Below, one piece after another: positions 61,831 to 64,000 of a stretch of DNA of 64,000 nucleotides. The DNA lies in NCBI GenBank assembly GCA_963749495.1, contig CAVVMW010000015.1:192001-256000 (forward strand), in the 5' to 3' direction. Source of the DNA: an uncultured bacterium. Lineage in GTDB: Bacteria > Verrucomicrobiota > Verrucomicrobiia > Limisphaerales > UBA8199. The translations under genes and the position numbers were made by a program. The notes below the pieces were generated by a model. That model saw nothing but the letters and a program-made list of their open reading frames with translations, was not told where the DNA came from and did no database searches. Every line of letters begins with the position of its first letter. Positions within the stretch are counted from its first letter, which is position 1.

Positions 61831-62198
61831 GCGCTTGCATCGTTGCGCATTGGATGGCAACATGAATAAAACATCGAATAATGGAATTTACGACACGATT
61901 GGCTCGCTGCTGGCGGATCTTAAAGCCGCCGGCGACGTCTCCTGCCGAGGCAAAGGCCCGGGGGCCCGTTGGCGTTACTTGGGGAGTAAGCGTATTAACC
62001 CATGAGTGAGGGTAGTAATGAGGGTATTACCTCGGGGCGCAAAGGCCCAAATGCTAACTGCTGAAAAGCGCCAGAGGACTGGCCCAGTCCAAAGCGCTTC
62101 GCGCCGCACGGATGCCTGCCCGCTTCATCACTCCAATGCGCGTCGGAGCCGGGGCCCGGAGTTGTCCGGAAGCCGGTCTGCGCCCCGCCCGCTCCGCC

Positions 62199-62561
62199 GG
62201 GCGCATCTGGCTTGTACCACCACAAGAACAGGAGTCGCATAGGAGAACTGAGGCCGCGCGGATGCCCTGCAACCCGGAGGGTTGCCAGACGGTAGCCGGG
62301 GGTCGCGGCGTCAGCGCGACCCCCGGTTGAGGGCCAGAGGAGGTCATGCACCCCGGAAGGGGGTGCCAGAGGCCCGCGCATCATAGGGCGGGCGCGCTCT
62401 CTGGCATCCCTCCGGGATGCAGGCATCCGCCGTCGTCGCACCGGGGGTCTCGCTGCGCTTCGACCCCCGGCTACCCTCTTTCATCCCTCCGGGATGAATT
62501 TGCCGGAAAACACCGATGCCCGCCGTTCGTCGCTCCATGGTGGTACAGGCCAGATGCACCC
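62199..62561. mobile_element. MITE-like element, same terminal IR family as 43443-43774, different REP cargo
   Basis: GGGCGCATCTGGCTTGTACCACCA / TGGTGGTACAGGCCAGATGCACCC; internal CATCCCTCCGGGATG and GACCCCCGG palindromes. Confidence 0.6.
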
Positions 62562-62635
62562 CGCTCCGGAGCCCCGGCCACAAGGTCCTTCCCCTCCATG
62601 CGGGTCGGTGCCAGAATCCTCGTGACACAACTCCG

Positions 62636-62860
62636 ATGAAGCCCCGGAAAACATGCTGCCTCTCCTGTCGCGCGGCAGTGGGCCTGAATCTCGCCCCCCT
62701 GCTGGCCAGCGTTCTTGGCCTGGGGCCTTTGGCCGGCCTCTCCCAATCCACGGGCGCGCCACCCCGAGCAATCGAGCGGATCCTGGTTGCCCACGACACT
62801 TGTCCCGACGTGACCTGGGGCTGGACTGAAGAACAGACCCGCCAGGGCTTTGCCGACCTG
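62636..62860 (+). pseudogene. N-terminal fragment of a secreted glycoside-hydrolase-like protein
   Basis: Signal peptide then IERILVAHDTCPDVTWGWTEEQ, then runs antisense into the helicase. Confidence 0.35.
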
Positions 62861-63012
62861 GCCGGGTCCAGTGACGAAGAAACTTGGCGGTTTTCCAGCC
62901 GGACCGTAGCCCAAGCCCCGCAAAATCACTGGTGTCTCGCTTGCATAAATCGCAAGGGACTCTTACGCCGCGCCAGGGCATTTGCCGAGCAATTTCCGGC
63001 CAAGCCGACTTT

Positions 63013-64000
63013 TCATTTGGCCGGCTGGGAGGGGTATAAGCCAAGGAGGTCTGCGAACGATTTCCCCTCGATGTCCTGCCTCGGTGTATCGCCATCAGCG
63101 CTCGGGAAGATCGGGCTGCCTGGGGACCAGAGTTCGAGGCTTTCGCTGTGGTTGTCGAAATAGTCGGCACGGGTTGTCACCCGGACGGGTGCGGCCATAC
63201 CGGGGGCCTGGTAGGCATATTCACCGCCTTGTAGCTCGTTGACCACAATGCCAGGTGGTAGGGCATCTGCACGGTGAAGCAGCGAGTCGAGGTCGGCCAG
63301 CGTGAGTTTCGCGGCTGGGCGCGACGGTTCTTCAAGGTCGGCTTGCACCATCGCATCGAGGTCGAAGCCGGCCTGCTTGGCGGCCTCGGCGTCGCGCTCC
63401 AAGTCGCCGGTGAGAGCGGCGCGAGCGTCAGGGTCGCGATTACGCTTGTCGAGGACGTGGCCAGCGATGACTGCGGGCAGGCGCGCGAGGATGGGCTGGA
63501 GCCTGCCAACGACGCTTTCGAATAAATTGATGCGGTGACGGAGTGCGGCGTAAACGTCCGCCTCGACCGTGCCTTCATAGTAAAAGTTGAGGATGCGAAT
63601 TTTCGGATGCTGCTGGCCGAGACGGTCAATGCGGCCGATGCGTTGCTCGACTTTCATGGGAAGCCACGGCATGTCGTAATTGATGAGGGCAGCGCAGAAT
63701 TGAAAATTGAGTCCCTCGGCGGCAGCGTCCGTACAGAGGAGGACGTTGGCCTGGCCGGTGCGGAAGCGATGCTTGGCTTCCTCACGGGAGATGGTCCGCC
63801 AGGCGCCGTCGTTTTCGCGAACCTCGCCGCCGCGACCCGAAAAGCAGGTGACGCGCAAGCTGGTCTTGGCGGCGAGTTGCTCCCGGAGAAAATCCATGGT
63901 GTCGGTGTATTGGGTGAAGACCATCGCCTGGGCGTATCCTGCGGAGCGGAGGTTGTCCAACTCGCGACGCAAGTGGCCTGCCTTCGTGTCCGGTGGGAGC
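63013..64000 (-). CDS. SNF2-family helicase, C-terminal part (5' end outside window)
   Basis: MVFTQYTDT, LLCTDAAAEGLNFQ, INYDMPW, EQRIGRIDRLGQ. Confidence 0.9.
   Translation of the reverse strand, partial: LPPDTKAGHLRRELDNLRSAGYAQAMVFTQYTDTMDFLREQLAAKTSLRVTCFSGRGGEVRENDGAWRTISREEAKHRFRTGQANVLLCTDAAAEGLNFQFCAALINYDMPWLPMKVEQRIGRIDRLGQQHPKIRILNFYYEGTVEADVYAALRHRINLFESVVGRLQPILARLPAVIAGHVLDKRNRDPDARAALTGDLERDAEAAKQAGFDLDAMVQADLEEPSRPAAKLTLADLDSLLHRADALPPGIVVNELQGGEYAYQAPGMAAPVRVTTRADYFDNHSESLELWSPGSPIFPSADGDTPRQDIEGKSFADLLGLYPSQPAK

Noticed and set aside
63013..64000. DISARM drmD assignment for the SNF2 helicase
   Set aside because: Only the generic helicase C-terminal part is visible; partner genes would lie outside the window

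Overview
GC-rich bacterial window. The lineage is probably Verrucomicrobiota (Pedosphaera/Limisphaerales-like) or another PVC group; this is inferred from the ECF sigma + Ser/Thr kinase-WD40 pair, the prepilin H-X9-DG protein, many Tat-exported carbohydrate enzymes and the REP-like palindromes. About ten long genes are broken by single-base frameshifts, several in short homopolymers, most likely long-read assembly errors; they are joined here. No rRNA, tRNA, CRISPR array, integrase or transposase was recognised. Contents in order: AAA+ (DUF4143-type) ATPase; an Avs-like Mrr-nuclease-STAND protein; GH172; an ECF sigma / kinase module followed by three secreted proteins (fibre-like, BNR propeller, MBG/IPT), with a shared candidate promoter motif; a decayed carbohydrate region; an RRM RNA-binding protein with a structured leader; a giant TPR/propeller/HEAT protein; an ABC exporter + ModABC + ThiF operon; toxin-antitoxin pairs; ChrA; an HNH gene followed by a degenerate attC; a deleted rfbH with its reductase; a PQQ-type propeller protein; a 4 kb N6-MTase + HNH segment between 68-bp direct repeats; an orphan ParA + small partner; pcm; and the 3' part of a SNF2 helicase. 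Best candidates for undescribed systems: the direct-repeat-flanked MTase-HNH module, the ParA + partner pair, the ECF-linked fibre operon, a TTGACA-N17-CAGCAT promoter shared by three accessory loci, and a GGGGTCA end motif with tandem duplications at gene-truncation junctions. Family assignments come from motif recognition, not database searches.
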